From an uncultured Gemmatimonadales bacterium (GTDB taxonomy: Bacteria; Gemmatimonadota; Gemmatimonadetes; Gemmatimonadales; Gemmatimonadaceae): a stretch of 64,000 bases of DNA. This document shows, piece after piece, positions 1 to 13,052 of this stretch (positions within the stretch are counted from its first letter, which is position 1; each line of letters starts with the position of its first letter). The translations under genes and the position numbers were made by a program. The stretch spans positions 256,001 through 320,000 of the forward strand of contig CAWBZV010000002.1 of the NCBI GenBank assembly GCA_963793305.1, written 5' to 3'. The notes beneath the pieces are model-generated. The model was not told where the DNA came from and did not search any database. It saw only the letters and a program-made list of their open reading frames with translations.

Positions 1-552
1 TTCGTCGTCCGCTCGCTCGAAGAACGCGGCTGGACGGTCGACACTCGACTCGTGCTCGGCCCCCATCACGCTGTCACCCAGGGGCGAGAGTCACCGCTCG
101 ACACAGCCCATTATGCCGCGGTGCTGGCCATCGACAGTGGCGCGCGTAGTGCCGCCACGGCCATTGAACGCTATGCCATGCAGGGTGGCGGGGTGATCGT
201 CGCCGGCTCGGCTCGCCGGGTACTCGGCGCCATTGCGCGGGCCAGCAATGTCGTACAGTTCGGCGACGACACGACCTGGCGTCTACGGATGGACAGCACC
301 CATGGTCCAGCGGCGCACAGGGACTTGTGGGCGGGTCTCGTCGCGGCGGTGGCGTATGCCCCGAGAGCTCGGGCGGTGGCGCATGTCGACGACGACCCGG
401 CGCCGGTCGCGTCGACCATTGCCCGGCTCGGACCGCCGACGCCCGTGGAGCGCGGAGGGCTCAGCTGGCCGGACCCCTGGGTGTGGTTTGGGGTGCTGGC
501 CTTGGGGCTGCTCGTCGACTGGACCTCGCGCCGGTTGCGTGGAGCGCCCTGA
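1..552 (+). CDS. Hypothetical membrane protein, 5'-truncated at the window edge
   Basis: Frame is open from base 1 to TGA at 552. It ends in a hydrophobic helix followed by DWTSRRLRG. Confidence 0.6.
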   Translation, partial: FVVRSLEERGWTVDTRLVLGPHHAVTQGRESPLDTAHYAAVLAIDSGARSAATAIERYAMQGGGVIVAGSARRVLGAIARASNVVQFGDDTTWRLRMDSTHGPAAHRDLWAGLVAAVAYAPRARAVAHVDDDPAPVASTIARLGPPTPVERGGLSWPDPWVWFGVLALGLLVDWTSRRLRGAP

Positions 553-573
553 ACCCTATAAATTCTTCAGTCT

Positions 574-969
574 GTGCCGACTATCAATCAACTTGTCCGG
601 CAAAGCCGGAGAGATGTTTTAAAGAAAGAGAAAGCGCCTGCGCTCAAGTCGAATCCTCAGAAGCGGGGCGTTTGCACGCGCGTCTACACGACGACTCCGA
701 AGAAGCCGAATTCGGCGCTGCGTAAGGTCGCGCGCGTTCGGCTGACGAACGGCTTCGAGGTGACGGCCTATATCCCGGGCGAGGGCCACAACCTGCAAGA
801 GCACTCCATTGTGCTCATTCGCGGTGGCCGTGTGAAGGATCTGCCGGGTGTTCGCTATCACATCGTGCGCGGCAGCTTGGATGCCTCCGGCGTCAACGGC
901 CGCAATCAGAGCCGCTCCAAGTACGGCACGAAGAAGCCGAAGGCCGGCGGCTCGGGGGGCAAGAAGTGA
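574..969 (+). CDS. rpsL: 30S ribosomal protein S12
   Basis: MPTINQLVR start, [11 protein letters not shown] and [11 protein letters not shown] motifs; GTG start. Confidence 0.99.
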   Translation: MPTINQLVRQSRRDVLKKEKAPALKSNPQKRGVCTRVYTTTPKKPNSALRKVARVRLTNGFEVTAYIPGEGHNLQEHSIVLIRGGRVKDLPGVRYHIVRGSLDASGVNGRNQSRSKYGTKKPKAGGSGGKK

Positions 970-1436
970 GTCGTCGTAAGAAATCAGTGCGGCGTCCGAT
1001 CCTGCCGGACGCGCGGTACGATAGCCAGACCGTGTCCAAGTTCATCAACGCGATGATGCTCGAGGGCAAGAAGTCGACGGCCGAGCGGATCTTCTACGGC
1101 GCGATGGACCTCGTGGAGTCGCGGACGAACCAGCCTGGCGTCAACGTCTTCAAGCAGGCCCTCTCGAACTTGAAGCCCGTCGTCGAGGTCAAGAGCCGGC
1201 GTGTTGGCGGCGCGACCTACCAGGTCCCCGTCGAGGTCCGGCCGGATCGGCGGACGGCGTTGGCTATGCGGTGGCTCATCACCTTCTCTCGCGATCGGTC
1301 GGAGAAGTCCATGCCCGAGAAGCTTGCGGCCGAGGTTATTGCCGCCGCCAAGGGTGAGGGCAACGCGATCAAGAAGAAGGAAGACACGCACCGAATGGCT
1401 GAGGCGAACAAAGCCTTCGCTCACTATCGCTGGTAA
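966..1436 (+). CDS. rpsG: 30S ribosomal protein S7
   Basis: [12 protein letters not shown] and [19 protein letters not shown] overlap with rpsL. Confidence 0.99.
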   Translation: MSRRKKSVRRPILPDARYDSQTVSKFINAMMLEGKKSTAERIFYGAMDLVESRTNQPGVNVFKQALSNLKPVVEVKSRRVGGATYQVPVEVRPDRRTALAMRWLITFSRDRSEKSMPEKLAAEVIAAAKGEGNAIKKKEDTHRMAEANKAFAHYRW

Positions 1437-1447
1437 CTGGTTCTGAT

Positions 1448-1476
1448 TTGACAAGTCGTTGTCAGACTTGTAGCTT
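1448..1476 (+). promoter_or_regulatory. Sigma70-type internal promoter upstream of fusA
   Basis: TTGACA (1448-1453), 17 bp spacer, TAGCTT (1471-1476). Two inverted repeats overlap it. Confidence 0.75.
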
Positions 1477-1482
1477 ATAAGG

Positions 1483-1704
1483 CTGGAGCAAAACTAAACG
1501 TCGGGAGCTTTTCCCCGGCGCGCCTTGGGTCCCCACCCGCGCACCAGTGGCGAGTGCACCCGGCGGCAGCGGATGGATACCGGTCCCGCAAGGGATGCCA
1601 GGTCCACCCGCGTTTTTGCTGAACCCCGTGCGGCGCAAGCCGAACGGGCTCGTTGGCCTCGCGGCGTCAGCCGCGTGATCAACAATCACTTCGGGATTTT
1701 CCTA
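1483..1704 (+). ncRNA. Putative structured 5' leader RNA of the fusA-tuf-S10 transcript
   Basis: Several stems read by eye, including two GCAA tetraloop hairpins (1584-1595, 1631-1642), a cUUCGg hairpin (1684-1698), and a long stem 1569-1611 followed by TTTTT. Confidence 0.55.
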
Positions 1705-3800
<2,096 letters not shown>

Positions 3801-3801
<1 letters not shown>

Positions 3802-4994
3802 TGGCCAAGGCGAAATTCGAGCGGACGAAGCCGCACGTGAACGTGGGCACCATCGGCCACGTCGACCACGGGAAGACCACGCTGACCGCAGCGATCACGT
3901 CCATTCAAGCCGCGCAAGGCTTGGCGAAAAAAGTGGCGTTCGATCAGATCGACAAGGCGCCGGAAGAGCGCGAGCGTGGCATCACGATCGCGACGGCGCA
4001 CGTCGAGTACGAGTCGACGGCGCGCCACTACGCGCACGTCGACTGTCCGGGACACGCGGATTACGTGAAGAACATGATCACGGGTGCTGCCCAGATGGAC
4101 GGCGCCATTCTCGTGGTCAGCGCGGCGGACGGCCCGATGCCCCAGACGCGCGAGCACATCCTGCTCGCCCGTCAGGTCAACGTGCCGTACATTGTCGTGT
4201 TCATGAACAAGGTCGACGCCGTCGACGATGCCGAGCTGCTGGATCTGGTCGAGCTCGAAGTCCGCGAGCTCCTCTCGGTCTACAAGTTCCCGGGCGATGA
4301 GATCCCGGTGATCCGTGGCTCGGCGCTCAAGGCGTTGGAGAGCGGTGACCCGAAGTCGGAGTGGGGCGCCAAGATCGGCGAGCTGATGGCCGCATTGGAT
4401 TCGTACATCCCGATTCCGAAGCGCGACATCGACAAGCCGTTCCTGATGCCGGTCGAAGACGTGTTCTCGATCACCGGCCGTGGCACGGTGGCGACCGGTC
4501 GTATCGAGCGCGGCAAAGTCAAAGTCGGCGAAGAGCTCGCGTTGATCGGGTTCAACTCCGACAAGAAGACGGTCGTCACGGGCGTCGAGATGTTCCAGAA
4601 GACGCTCGACGAGGGTCAAGCCGGCGACAATGCCGGGTTGCTCCTGCGCGGCATTGCCAAGGAAGAAGTCGAGCGCGGCATGGTGTTGGCCAAGCCCGGC
4701 TCGATCACGCCGCACACGCATTTCAATGCCGAAGTCTACGTGCTGACCAAGGAAGAGGGCGGGCGGCACACGCCGTTCTTCAAGGGCTATCGTCCGCAGT
4801 TTTATTTTAGAACAACGGATGTCACGGGAAGCGTTGAGCTCCCCGCGGGCACCGAGATGGTCATGCCGGGCGACAATGTGCAGATGGTGATCGAGTTGAT
4901 TACGCCGATCGCCATGGACGAGGGTCTGCGGTTCGCCATTCGTGAGGGTGGCCGGACGGTCGGCGCCGGTGTTGTCACCAAGATTCTCAAGTAG
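3801..4994 (+). CDS. tuf: Elongation factor Tu
   Basis: [32 protein letters not shown] and NKVD. Confidence 0.99.
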
Positions 4995-5005
4995 AGGCAC
5001 GGGCA

Positions 5006-5314
5006 ATGGCCGGTAGAATCCGTATCAGACTCAAGGCCTTCGATCACGCCGTGATCGATCAGGCTTCCGCCGACATCGTGCGCACCGCCGAGAAGACCGG
5101 CGCGCAGGTGTCCGGCCCGATCCCGTTGCCGACGAAGACGCAGCGGTGGACGGTGTTACGCTCGCCGCACGTGGACAAGAAGTCCCGCGAGCAGTTCGAG
5201 CTCAAGACGCACAAGCGCGTGATCGACATTCTCGATTCGCGCGCGCAGACGGTCGACGCGTTGACGAAGCTGGATCTTCCGGCTGGCGTCGACGTCGAGA
5301 TCAAGGTCGAGTAA
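5006..5314 (+). CDS. rpsJ: 30S ribosomal protein S10
   Basis: [17 protein letters not shown] and [14 protein letters not shown]. Confidence 0.99.
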   Translation: MAGRIRIRLKAFDHAVIDQASADIVRTAEKTGAQVSGPIPLPTKTQRWTVLRSPHVDKKSREQFELKTHKRVIDILDSRAQTVDALTKLDLPAGVDVEIKVE

Positions 5315-5317
5315 GCA

Positions 5318-5995
5318 ATGATCGGCATTATTGGAAAGAAGGTCGGCATGACGCAGATCTTCACCGCGGAAGGACTCCAGATCCCGGTGACGGTCGTGGA
5401 AGCGGCGCCGAACCCCGTGCTCCAGGTCTCTGCTCCGGACGCGAAGCTGGCCCAAATCCAGTTGGGTTTCGGCGCGCAGCGCGTAGCGCGCGCGTCCAAG
5501 AAGGGTGAGCGCACGCCGCGGGGCCGCCGCGCGACGAAGGCCGCCATTGGTCATGCGGCCAAGGCGGGTCTCTCGGCGCCGCCGGCTGTCCTGCGCACGA
5601 TCCGCTTGGATGATGGCCCGAAGTCGATCGAGATCCCGACGTTAAAAGTCGGCGATACGGTCGGCGTCGGCATCTTCGCCCCGGGCGATCAGGTCAAGGT
5701 CACGGGAACGTCGAAGGGTCGTGGTTTCCAGGGCGTTGTGAAGCGCCACAGCTTCCACGGTGGCCCGAACACCCACGGGAACACCAAGCATCGGAGACCA
5801 GGATCCATCGGTCCTGGTACCGACCCGTCGCGCGTCATCAAGGGCAAGCGCATGCCTGGCCACTTCGGGGCCGAGCAGCACACGCAAACGCATCTCCGGG
5901 TCGAGAAGGTCGACGCGGAGCGCAATCTTCTCTACATCCGCGGCGCAGTCGCCGGTCCCAAGAACGGGATCGTCATTGTCCGCAAGCAGGGCTAA
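5318..5995 (+). CDS. rplC: 50S ribosomal protein L3
   Basis: [23 protein letters not shown] and [11 protein letters not shown]. Confidence 0.99.
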   Translation: MIGIIGKKVGMTQIFTAEGLQIPVTVVEAAPNPVLQVSAPDAKLAQIQLGFGAQRVARASKKGERTPRGRRATKAAIGHAAKAGLSAPPAVLRTIRLDDGPKSIEIPTLKVGDTVGVGIFAPGDQVKVTGTSKGRGFQGVVKRHSFHGGPNTHGNTKHRRPGSIGPGTDPSRVIKGKRMPGHFGAEQHTQTHLRVEKVDAERNLLYIRGAVAGPKNGIVIVRKQG

Positions 5996-5999
5996 CGCC

Positions 6000-6941
6000 G
6001 TGGCTGAGACTGCACCGGTTTTCTCATCGTATGGAACCAAGCGTGACCCGGTCGCGCTGCCGGCCGAGCTGTTCGATGGCACGGTGAACATGCCCGTCAT
6101 GCACCAGGCGGTGAAGGCGTATCTCGCAAATCAGCGCCAGGGGAATGCGGCCACGAAGACCCGAGGTTTAGTCGCGGGCGGCAATCAGAAGCCCTGGAAG
6201 CAGAAGGGCACGGGTCGCGCGCGTCAGGGTTCGATTCGCGCGCCGCAATGGGTTGGCGGTGGGACGGTCTTCGGTCCGACCCCGCGGAGCTACGCCGAGT
6301 ATGTGCCGCGCCAGGTGCGCGCGCTCGCTCGGAAGAGTGCCTTCAACGCGAGAGCGAACGAAGGCGGCATCATCGTGATCGATGGCTTCTCGTATGACAC
6401 GCCAAGCACGAGGCGCCTGGTGGCGCTCCTTACGTCGCTCGGCGTGGCGGACAAGAAAGTCTTGATCCTGACCGATGGGGTGAAGCACAACCTCTTCTTG
6501 TCGGGCCGCAACTTGCCGTCGGCGCACGTGATGCCGTATAGCGATGTCTCCACGTATCACCTGCTCTGGTCCGACGTGGTGCTGATCGAGTCGTCGGCCT
6601 TCGGTTTCACGATCGAGCCACTCGGCGAGACGCCCCCACCGCTCGAGCGGAAGACACCGGCCCGCTCGACGCCGGCGATCGCGAAGAAGTCCGCGAAGCC
6701 AGCCAAGTCGACGAAGACGACCAAAGCCGCGTCCAAGAAGGCGGCCGCCGAAAGCGATGCGCCAAAGGCGCCCGCCAAAAAGAAGGCTGCGGCGAAGAAG
6801 TCCGTGAAGAAGGGGTCGAGCGCGGCCCCGAAGGGGCAAGCGAAGTCTCAGAAGTCGCAGTCGAAGGCGTCCCCGAAGACCAGTGCCAAGAAGTCGGCGC
6901 CCAAGAAGGGCGGCGGCGGTAAGAGCCAGAGAGGGAGATAG
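6000..6941 (+). CDS. rplD: 50S ribosomal protein L4 with a ~100-aa Lys/Ala/Ser-rich C-terminal extension
   Basis: KPWKQKGTGRARQGSIRAPQWVGGG; GTG start at 6000; tail such as AKKSAKPAKSTKTTKAASKK. Confidence 0.97.
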   Translation: MAETAPVFSSYGTKRDPVALPAELFDGTVNMPVMHQAVKAYLANQRQGNAATKTRGLVAGGNQKPWKQKGTGRARQGSIRAPQWVGGGTVFGPTPRSYAEYVPRQVRALARKSAFNARANEGGIIVIDGFSYDTPSTRRLVALLTSLGVADKKVLILTDGVKHNLFLSGRNLPSAHVMPYSDVSTYHLLWSDVVLIESSAFGFTIEPLGETPPPLERKTPARSTPAIAKKSAKPAKSTKTTKAASKKAAAESDAPKAPAKKKAAAKKSVKKGSSAAPKGQAKSQKSQSKASPKTSAKKSAPKKGGGGKSQRGR

Positions 6942-6945
6942 CGAG

Positions 6946-7235
6946 ATGCCCGCATTGCATCGCACGATCATCCGCCCGACTCGTGACCGAGCAGAGCTCG
7001 GCCGCTTATCAGGAGCGGGGCGAGTACACGTTCGAGGTCGCGCCGACGGCGACGAAGCCGGCGATCCGCCAGGCGATCGAGTCGCTCTTCGGCGTGAAAG
7101 TCACGGGCGTCTGGACCGTCGAATCAGCGCGGCAAGATCCGCCGGGTCGGCCGGAGCGCCGGTCGGCGCCACGATTGGAAAAAGGCGATCGTCACCCTGC
7201 GTGAGGGTGATTCGATCGATGTCTTCGAGGGTTAA
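6946..7235 (+). CDS. rplW: 50S ribosomal protein L23 with two apparent +1 frameshifts (~6979, ~7118), probably sequence error
   Basis: Joining three frames gives [11 protein letters not shown](L/I)VTEQSS...[26 protein letters not shown]...[14 protein letters not shown]...[19 protein letters not shown]. Syntenic between rplD and rplB. Confidence 0.93.
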
Positions 7236-7241
7236 CGGTTC

Positions 7242-8072
7242 ATGGCGATTCGTCAATTCAAGCCGGTCACGAAGAGCTCGCGATTCCGCTCGGTTTCGGA
7301 TTTCGCGGAGATCACGCGCGACCATCCCGAGAAGTCGTTGGTCGAGCCGCTCAAGAAGTCGGGCGGCCGCGACAACCACGGCCACATCTCGATGCGCCGC
7401 CTGGGCGGCGGGCACAAGCAGAAGTATCGGATCATTGATTTCCGCCGCAACAAGCACGGCGTCACCGCGACGGTGCGCGAGATCGAGTACGATCCGAACC
7501 GCTCGGCCCGTATCGCGCTCGTCGAGTACGCCGACGGCGAGAAGCGGTATATCCTCCACCCCCGCGGCCTCAAGGTCGGCGATACGATCGTGTCGGGCCC
7601 GGGCGCCGATGTCCGCATCGGCAACGCGATCCCGCTGCGTGAGATCCCGCTCGGCACCGACGTGCACAACGTCGAGCTCAAGAAGGGGAAGGGCGGCCAG
7701 GTCGCTCGTTCGGCCGGGACGTCCATCGAAGTCGTCGCGAAAGAGGGCGACTACGTGACCGTCCGCATGCGGTCGACCGAGATGCGGATGATCCATGGCG
7801 ATTGCCTCGCGACGGTCGGCACCGTCGGCAACGCCGAGCACGAGTTGCTGTCCTGGGGCAAAGCGGGGAAGACCCGCTGGCTGGGACGGCGGCCCAAGGT
7901 CCGTGGCGAAGTCATGAACCCCGTGGATCACCCGCACGGCGGCCGCACGCGCGGTGGCCGGAACGTCGTGAGCCCGTGGGGCAAGAAAGAAGGCGTGAAG
8001 ACCCGACACACGAAGAAGGCGTCTCAGCGCCTGATCGTTCGTGGCCGCAAGCGCGGCAAGGCGACTCAATAA
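7242..8072 (+). CDS. rplB: 50S ribosomal protein L2
   Basis: [13 protein letters not shown] and [10 protein letters not shown]. Confidence 0.99.
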   Translation: MAIRQFKPVTKSSRFRSVSDFAEITRDHPEKSLVEPLKKSGGRDNHGHISMRRLGGGHKQKYRIIDFRRNKHGVTATVREIEYDPNRSARIALVEYADGEKRYILHPRGLKVGDTIVSGPGADVRIGNAIPLREIPLGTDVHNVELKKGKGGQVARSAGTSIEVVAKEGDYVTVRMRSTEMRMIHGDCLATVGTVGNAEHELLSWGKAGKTRWLGRRPKVRGEVMNPVDHPHGGRTRGGRNVVSPWGKKEGVKTRHTKKASQRLIVRGRKRGKATQ

Positions 8073-8416
8073 TGGGTAGAAGCGTACATAAAGGACCGTA
8101 CGTCCACGACAGCTTGCTCAAGAAGGTCGGCGCGATGAACGCGGGCCGCAACGACAAGCGCGTCGTGAAGACGTGGTCGCGTTCGAGCACCGTCATCCCG
8201 GATTTCGTCGGGCACACGTTCGCGGTGCACAACGGCAACAAGTTCATCCCGGTGTACGTGACCGAGAACATGGTCGGGCACAAGCTCGGCGAGTTCTCGC
8301 CCACCCGGCTGTTCCGCGGTCACGCGGGCAAAGTCACGGACAAGAAGGCCGCCGGCGTGCCGGCCGCGCCTGCCGCCCCGGCGGCCAGCGGTCCGCCGTC
8401 AAAGGGAGGCAAGTAG
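8072..8416 (+). CDS. rpsS: 30S ribosomal protein S19 with an Ala/Pro-rich C-terminal tail
   Basis: [18 protein letters not shown] and [14 protein letters not shown] at 8072 overlaps the rplB stop. Confidence 0.98.
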   Translation: MGRSVHKGPYVHDSLLKKVGAMNAGRNDKRVVKTWSRSSTVIPDFVGHTFAVHNGNKFIPVYVTENMVGHKLGEFSPTRLFRGHAGKVTDKKAAGVPAAPAAPAASGPPSKGGK

Positions 8417-8417
8417 C

Positions 8418-8873
8418 ATGGCCGACGTGCGGGCGATCCAGCGGACGACGCGGCAGTCGCCGTACAAAATGCGGTTGGTCATCGACCAGATCCGCGGCAA
8501 GGACGTGAACGAGGCCGTCGCGCTGCTCCGGTTCTCGAAGAAGCACGCGGCGCGTGAGATCGCCAAGGTCCTGCACTCGGCCGTGGCCAACGCCGAGTTC
8601 AAGGCGCGGAACGCGAACGAGACGGTCGATGTCGACACGCTGTTCATCAAGCACGCGATCGTGAACGAAGGGCCGAAGCTCAAGCGCTTCACGCCCGCCG
8701 CGATGGGTCGTGCCACTCAGGTGTTGAAGCGCACCTCGCACGTCGAGATCATCGTCAGTGAGCGCGCCAAACGCATCAAGGTGGTGAAGGCGGCGGCAGC
8801 GACGAAGACGGCGGCCAAGAAGACGGCGCCGAAGAAGGCGGCGGCAAAGAAGAAAACTGCGGAGAAGAAATAA
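8418..8873 (+). CDS. rplV: 50S ribosomal protein L22 with a Lys/Ala-rich tail
   Basis: [21 protein letters not shown] and KRTSHVEI. Confidence 0.98.
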   Translation: MADVRAIQRTTRQSPYKMRLVIDQIRGKDVNEAVALLRFSKKHAAREIAKVLHSAVANAEFKARNANETVDVDTLFIKHAIVNEGPKLKRFTPAAMGRATQVLKRTSHVEIIVSERAKRIKVVKAAAATKTAAKKTAPKKAAAKKKTAEKK

Positions 8874-9532
8874 TGGGCCAGAAAACAAACCCGATCGGCT
8901 TCCGCCTCGGCGTCTCGAAGCAGTGGCGCTCGCGCTGGTACGCCAACCGCGACTTCCCGGCGCTGCTCAAGGAAGACGAGCTGCTCCGCAAGTACTTGAA
9001 GGCGCGCGTCGGCCACGCGGCGATCGCCGACATTCATATTGAGCGCAAGCCGGGCAAGGTCGTCGTGACCGTGCACACGGCGCGCCCGGGTGTGGTCATC
9101 GGCAAGAAGGGCGCCGAGGTCGACAAGCTCCGCGATGAGCTGACCCAGCTCTCGGGCAAAGAAGTGGGGATCAACGTCGAAGAGATCAAGCGCCCCGAGC
9201 TCGATGCGCAGTTGGTCGCTGACAACGTCGCGAACCAGCTCGCGCAGCGCATCTCGTTCCGCCGCGCCATGAAGCGCGCGGTGCAGAGCGCGATGCGCAT
9301 GGGCGCCCAAGGCATCAAGATCAAATGTGGCGGCCGCTTGGGTGGCGCCGAGATCGCGCGCGTGGAAGGCTATCACGAGGGTCGTGTCCCTCTCCACACG
9401 CTGAGAGCGGACATCGATTACGCGACCTCGACGGCCAAGACCACGTTCGGCACGATCGGCGTGAAAGTGTGGATCTTCAAGGGTGAGATCGTTGAAGACC
9501 GTCGCGGCAAGACGTACTCGACGGGGACCTGA
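8873..9532 (+). CDS. rpsC: 30S ribosomal protein S3
   Basis: [23 protein letters not shown] and [11 protein letters not shown]. Confidence 0.99.
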   Translation: MGQKTNPIGFRLGVSKQWRSRWYANRDFPALLKEDELLRKYLKARVGHAAIADIHIERKPGKVVVTVHTARPGVVIGKKGAEVDKLRDELTQLSGKEVGINVEEIKRPELDAQLVADNVANQLAQRISFRRAMKRAVQSAMRMGAQGIKIKCGGRLGGAEIARVEGYHEGRVPLHTLRADIDYATSTAKTTFGTIGVKVWIFKGEIVEDRRGKTYSTGT

Positions 9533-9537
9533 CGCCG

Positions 9538-9966
9538 ATGCTGAGTCCAAAGCGAGTCAAGTACAGAAAGATGTTCAAGGGCCGCACGACCGGTCTCGCC
9601 ACGCGTGGCAACACGGTGGTGAACGGCCATTACGGTCTGCAGGCCTTGGAGCCCGGTTGGGTTTCGAATCGACAGATCGAGGCCGCCCGTGTCGCGCTCA
9701 CCCGCCATATCAAGCGCGGCGGCAAAGTCTGGATTCGTATTTTTCCGGACAAGCCGATCACGAAGAAACCGGCTGAGACACGGATGGGGAAAGGCAAAGG
9801 CTCTCCGGAGGGATGGGTGGCGGTCGTCAAGCCGGGGAGAGTCATGTTCGAGCTCGAGGGCGTGACGCCGGAGATCGCGAAGCACGCGATGGGGTTGGCC
9901 GCCGCCAAGCTCGGCGTGAAGTCGAAGTTCGTCGTTCGGGAGGAGGCGCACACGGATGCAAACTGA
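9538..9966 (+). CDS. rplP: 50S ribosomal protein L16
   Basis: [11 protein letters not shown] and RMGKGKG. Confidence 0.99.
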   Translation: MLSPKRVKYRKMFKGRTTGLATRGNTVVNGHYGLQALEPGWVSNRQIEAARVALTRHIKRGGKVWIRIFPDKPITKKPAETRMGKGKGSPEGWVAVVKPGRVMFELEGVTPEIAKHAMGLAAAKLGVKSKFVVREEAHTDAN

Positions 9967-10153
9967 TGAGATCCGGCAGATGAGCGACGACGACATCCGC
10001 GCGCACATTGCCGAAAAGGAAGAGTCGCGGTTCCGGCTACGGTTCCGCGGAGCGACCGAGACGCTGGAGAAGCCGCTCGAGCTCCGCTGGCTGCGGAAGG
10101 ACATTGCGCGCCTGAAAACTATTCTTCGTGAACGTGAGCGTTCCCATGAGTGA
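9956..10153 (+). CDS. rpmC: 50S ribosomal protein L29
   Basis: [15 protein letters not shown]; position after rplP. Confidence 0.95.
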   Translation: MQTDEIRQMSDDDIRAHIAEKEESRFRLRFRGATETLEKPLELRWLRKDIARLKTILRERERSHE

Positions 10154-10421
10154 GCAGCAGGTTCAAGAGCACCGCGGCCACCGCAAGACGCGGGTGGGAA
10201 CCGTCGTGAGCGACAAGATGCAGAAGACCGTGGTCGTGGCGATCCAGCGGCGCGTGCCGCACCCGACCTACGGCAAGATGATGACGCGGACCAAGCACTT
10301 TAAGGCCCACGACGAGCAGAACGCGTCGAAGGCCGGGGACGTGGTGCGCATCATGGAGACCCGTCCGTTGTCGAAGGACAAGCGCTGGCGTGTCGTCGAG
10401 ATCCTCGAGCGTGCCCGATGA
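10146..10421 (+). CDS. rpsQ: 30S ribosomal protein S17
   Basis: [11 protein letters not shown] and [11 protein letters not shown]. Confidence 0.98.
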   Translation: MSEQQVQEHRGHRKTRVGTVVSDKMQKTVVVAIQRRVPHPTYGKMMTRTKHFKAHDEQNASKAGDVVRIMETRPLSKDKRWRVVEILERAR

Positions 10422-10786
10422 TTCAACAGGAATCCATCGTCAAGGTCGCGGACAACAGTGGCGCCAAGCGCGCGCTGGTCATCCGCGTGCTCGGCGGGAC
10501 CCGTCGTCGCTACGCCGGTCTCGGTGACACGGTCATCGTCGCGGTCAAGGACGCCCTGCCGAACGGCACCGTCAAGAAATCCGACGTCGCTCGCGCCGTA
10601 GTCGTGCGCACGGCGAAAGAGACGCGCAGAAAAGATGGCAGCTATATCCGGTTCGACGAAAACGCGGTGGTGATCATCAACGAGGCGGGCGAGCCCCGTG
10701 CCACCCGTATCTTCGGCCCGGTCGCGCGCGAGCTGCGCGAAAAGAAGTACATGAAGATCGTGTCGTTGGCTCCTGAGGTCTTGTAG
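10418..10786 (+). CDS. rplN: 50S ribosomal protein L14
   Basis: VADNSGAK and [10 protein letters not shown]. Confidence 0.99.
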   Translation: MIQQESIVKVADNSGAKRALVIRVLGGTRRRYAGLGDTVIVAVKDALPNGTVKKSDVARAVVVRTAKETRRKDGSYIRFDENAVVIINEAGEPRATRIFGPVARELREKKYMKIVSLAPEVL

Positions 10787-10787
10787 C

Positions 10788-11189
10788 ATGCGCATCTTAA
10801 AGCACAAAAAGACCGCCAAGCGCAAGAACCAGATTCGACATGAGCGCAATGTCGAGCGCCTGAAGATGCGGATCACCAAGGGCGATACCGTCCGGGTGAT
10901 GCGCGGCGACGACCGTGGAAAAGAAGGGAAAGTCCTCGAGGTCTTCCGCAAGACGGGCCGCGTCAAGATCGACGGCGTGAACATCGTCAAGCGGCACCGC
11001 AAAGCCCGCGGGCCGGATGATCAGGGTGGCATCATGGAGATGCCCGCCCCGGTGCACGTGTCGAACGTGATGCTGCTCGATCCGGACTCCGGTGCGGCGA
11101 CGCGCATCGCGGTGCGGATCGATGAGGACGGCACGAAAGAGCGGTTGAGTGTCAAAGGTGGCGGGGCGATCCCCCGCGTGCAGCAGTAA
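10788..11189 (+). CDS. rplX: 50S ribosomal protein L24 with a basic N-terminal extension
   Basis: KOW motif ITKGDTVRVMRGDDRGKEGKV; PVHVSNV. Confidence 0.97.
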   Translation: MRILKHKKTAKRKNQIRHERNVERLKMRITKGDTVRVMRGDDRGKEGKVLEVFRKTGRVKIDGVNIVKRHRKARGPDDQGGIMEMPAPVHVSNVMLLDPDSGAATRIAVRIDEDGTKERLSVKGGGAIPRVQQ

Positions 11190-11198
11190 GGGAGCGCT

Positions 11199-11909
11199 AT
11201 GGCGACGAAAGAGAAAGACAAAGATCAGCCAAAAGAGAAGAAAAGCGGAGCACCGCCGGCCGGTGCCAGTCGGAAGGGGCGCGCGAAAGAAGCGCCGGCT
11301 CCGCGCGGCCCGCACGCGGGCGCCGGCAAGCCGGTTCCCCCGCCGCGGATGCGCATCTTCTACGCGGAGAAGGTCAAGCCGAAGCTGATGCAGCAGTTCG
11401 CGCTGACGAACACCCACCAGGTGCCCGCGCTGACGAAGATCGTCGTCAACGTTGGCGTTGGTGAGGCCATCAAGCAGCCCAAGGCGCTCGATAAAGTGGT
11501 CGAGGAGCTGGCGGTGATCACCGGCCAGCGCCCGGTGCGGAAGCGCGCGAAGAAGTCGATCGCGAACTTCGGCCTCCGCGAAGGCCAGGAGATCGGCGCC
11601 GCGGTCACGCTGCGTGGCGCGCGGATGTGGGAGTTCCTCGACCGGTTCGTCTCGGTCGCGATCCCGCGGATCCGCGACTTCCGCGGGCTGTCGACGCGGT
11701 CGTTCGACGGGCGCGGCAACTATTCGCTGGGTGTCAAAGAGCAGATGATCTTTCCTGAGATCAATTACGACATGATCGATCAGGTCCATGGCATGGACGT
11801 CACGTTCGTGACGACCGCGGGCCGGGATGACCGGGCGCTGGCGCTGCTGCGCGAGCTTGGGCTCCCGTTCCGTACGGATGAGAAAAAGGGAGCAACACGT
11901 GGCTCGTAA
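11199..11909 (+). CDS. rplE: 50S ribosomal protein L5 with a ~50-aa N-terminal extension
   Basis: [19 protein letters not shown] and [10 protein letters not shown]. Confidence 0.99.
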   Translation: MATKEKDKDQPKEKKSGAPPAGASRKGRAKEAPAPRGPHAGAGKPVPPPRMRIFYAEKVKPKLMQQFALTNTHQVPALTKIVVNVGVGEAIKQPKALDKVVEELAVITGQRPVRKRAKKSIANFGLREGQEIGAAVTLRGARMWEFLDRFVSVAIPRIRDFRGLSTRSFDGRGNYSLGVKEQMIFPEINYDMIDQVHGMDVTFVTTAGRDDRALALLRELGLPFRTDEKKGATRGS

Positions 11910-12084
11910 AGCAATGGTCGAAAAATCCAAGCGGACGCCGAAGTTCGCGGTGCGGCAGCACAATCGCTGTCAGCGCTGTGGTCGCGCTCGCGCGTTCCTT
12001 CGCAAATTCGGGCTCTGCCGCATCTGCTTCCGCGAGCTGGCCCTCAACGGTTTCATTCCCGGCGTCCGCAAGGCGAGCTGGTAA
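11899..12084 (+). CDS. rpsZ: 30S ribosomal protein S14, short Zn-binding (type Z) form
   Basis: 61 aa; RCQRCGR...[11 protein letters not shown] at 11899. Confidence 0.97.
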   Translation: MARKAMVEKSKRTPKFAVRQHNRCQRCGRARAFLRKFGLCRICFRELALNGFIPGVRKASW

Positions 12085-12099
12085 GGCGAGGACTTTGTC

Positions 12100-12501
12100 A
12101 TGACGATGACCGACCCGATCGCCGATATGCTGACGCGCATCCGCAATGCCTGCGGCGCGAAGCATCGGCGCGTGGATATCCCGCAGTCGAAGCTCAAGGT
12201 CGAGATCGCGCGCGTGCTCAAGGAGAACGCGCTGATCCAGGACTACAAGACGATCAGCACGGACGAGGGGCATAAGATCCTCCGCGTGATCCTCAAGTAC
12301 GCCCAGGGCGGGCAACCCGTGATCCGCGAGATGCACCGCGTGTCGTCACCGGGCCTCCGGCGGTACGTGGGCGTGCACGACATCCCGCGCGTCCGGAACG
12401 GCCTCGGCATGGCGATCCTCTCGACCTCCAAGGGGTTGATGAGCGACCGCCAAGCAAGAGCCGCACGGCAGGGCGGTGAGCTCTTGGCCGTCGTCTGGTA
12501 G
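12100..12501 (+). CDS. rpsH: 30S ribosomal protein S8
   Basis: MTDPIADMLTRIRNA and STSKGLM. Confidence 0.99.
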   Translation: MTMTDPIADMLTRIRNACGAKHRRVDIPQSKLKVEIARVLKENALIQDYKTISTDEGHKILRVILKYAQGGQPVIREMHRVSSPGLRRYVGVHDIPRVRNGLGMAILSTSKGLMSDRQARAARQGGELLAVVW

Positions 12502-12512
12502 AGGATCCCGAT

Positions 12513-13052
12513 ATGTCTCGTATTGGCAAGAAACCGATAGCGATCCCCAAGGGTGTCACCGTTACCGTCGACGGTTCCGACGTCAAAGTGAAGGGCCCCA
12601 GGGGAGAGCTCGATCGCACCGTTCACTCGGCCATGACGGTCGCCGTAAACGACGGCCAGGTCGCCGTCACGCGTCCCGATGACGAGCCCCAGAGCAAGGC
12701 GCTTCACGGCCTGACACGCACGCTCGTGGCCAACATGATCGAGGGCGTGACCGCGGGCTATAAAAAGCAGTTGGAGATAGTCGGTGTTGGCTACAAAGCC
12801 GAGACGCGCCCGTATGGCTTGCAGCTCGCGCTTGGCTTTTCGCACCCGGTCGAGTATCGGGCGCCGAAGGGTATCAAGCTGAGCGCGCCGCAACCCACGA
12901 GCATTGTCGTCGAGGGCGCGAACAAAGAGACCGTGGGCCAAGTCGCGGCTGAGTTGAGACAACTGAGACCACCCGAGCCGTACAAGGGCAAGGGCATCAA
13001 ATACGTCGGTGAAGTCATCCGCCGGAAAGCGGGTAAGGCCGGAGGCAAGTAA
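12513..13052 (+). CDS. rplF: 50S ribosomal protein L6
   Basis: MSRIGKKPI and [11 protein letters not shown]. Confidence 0.99.
   Translation: MSRIGKKPIAIPKGVTVTVDGSDVKVKGPRGELDRTVHSAMTVAVNDGQVAVTRPDDEPQSKALHGLTRTLVANMIEGVTAGYKKQLEIVGVGYKAETRPYGLQLALGFSHPVEYRAPKGIKLSAPQPTSIVVEGANKETVGQVAAELRQLRPPEPYKGKGIKYVGEVIRRKAGKAGGK

Noticed and set aside
1525..1704. 60-aa N-terminal extension of EF-G in the ORF track
   Set aside because: EF-G homology begins at ATG 1705, and the upstream stretch is better explained as structured leader RNA.
6946..7235. rplW as a pseudogene or programmed frameshift
   Set aside because: There is no slippery sequence, the protein is otherwise intact, and the same +1 pattern occurs in four other genes.
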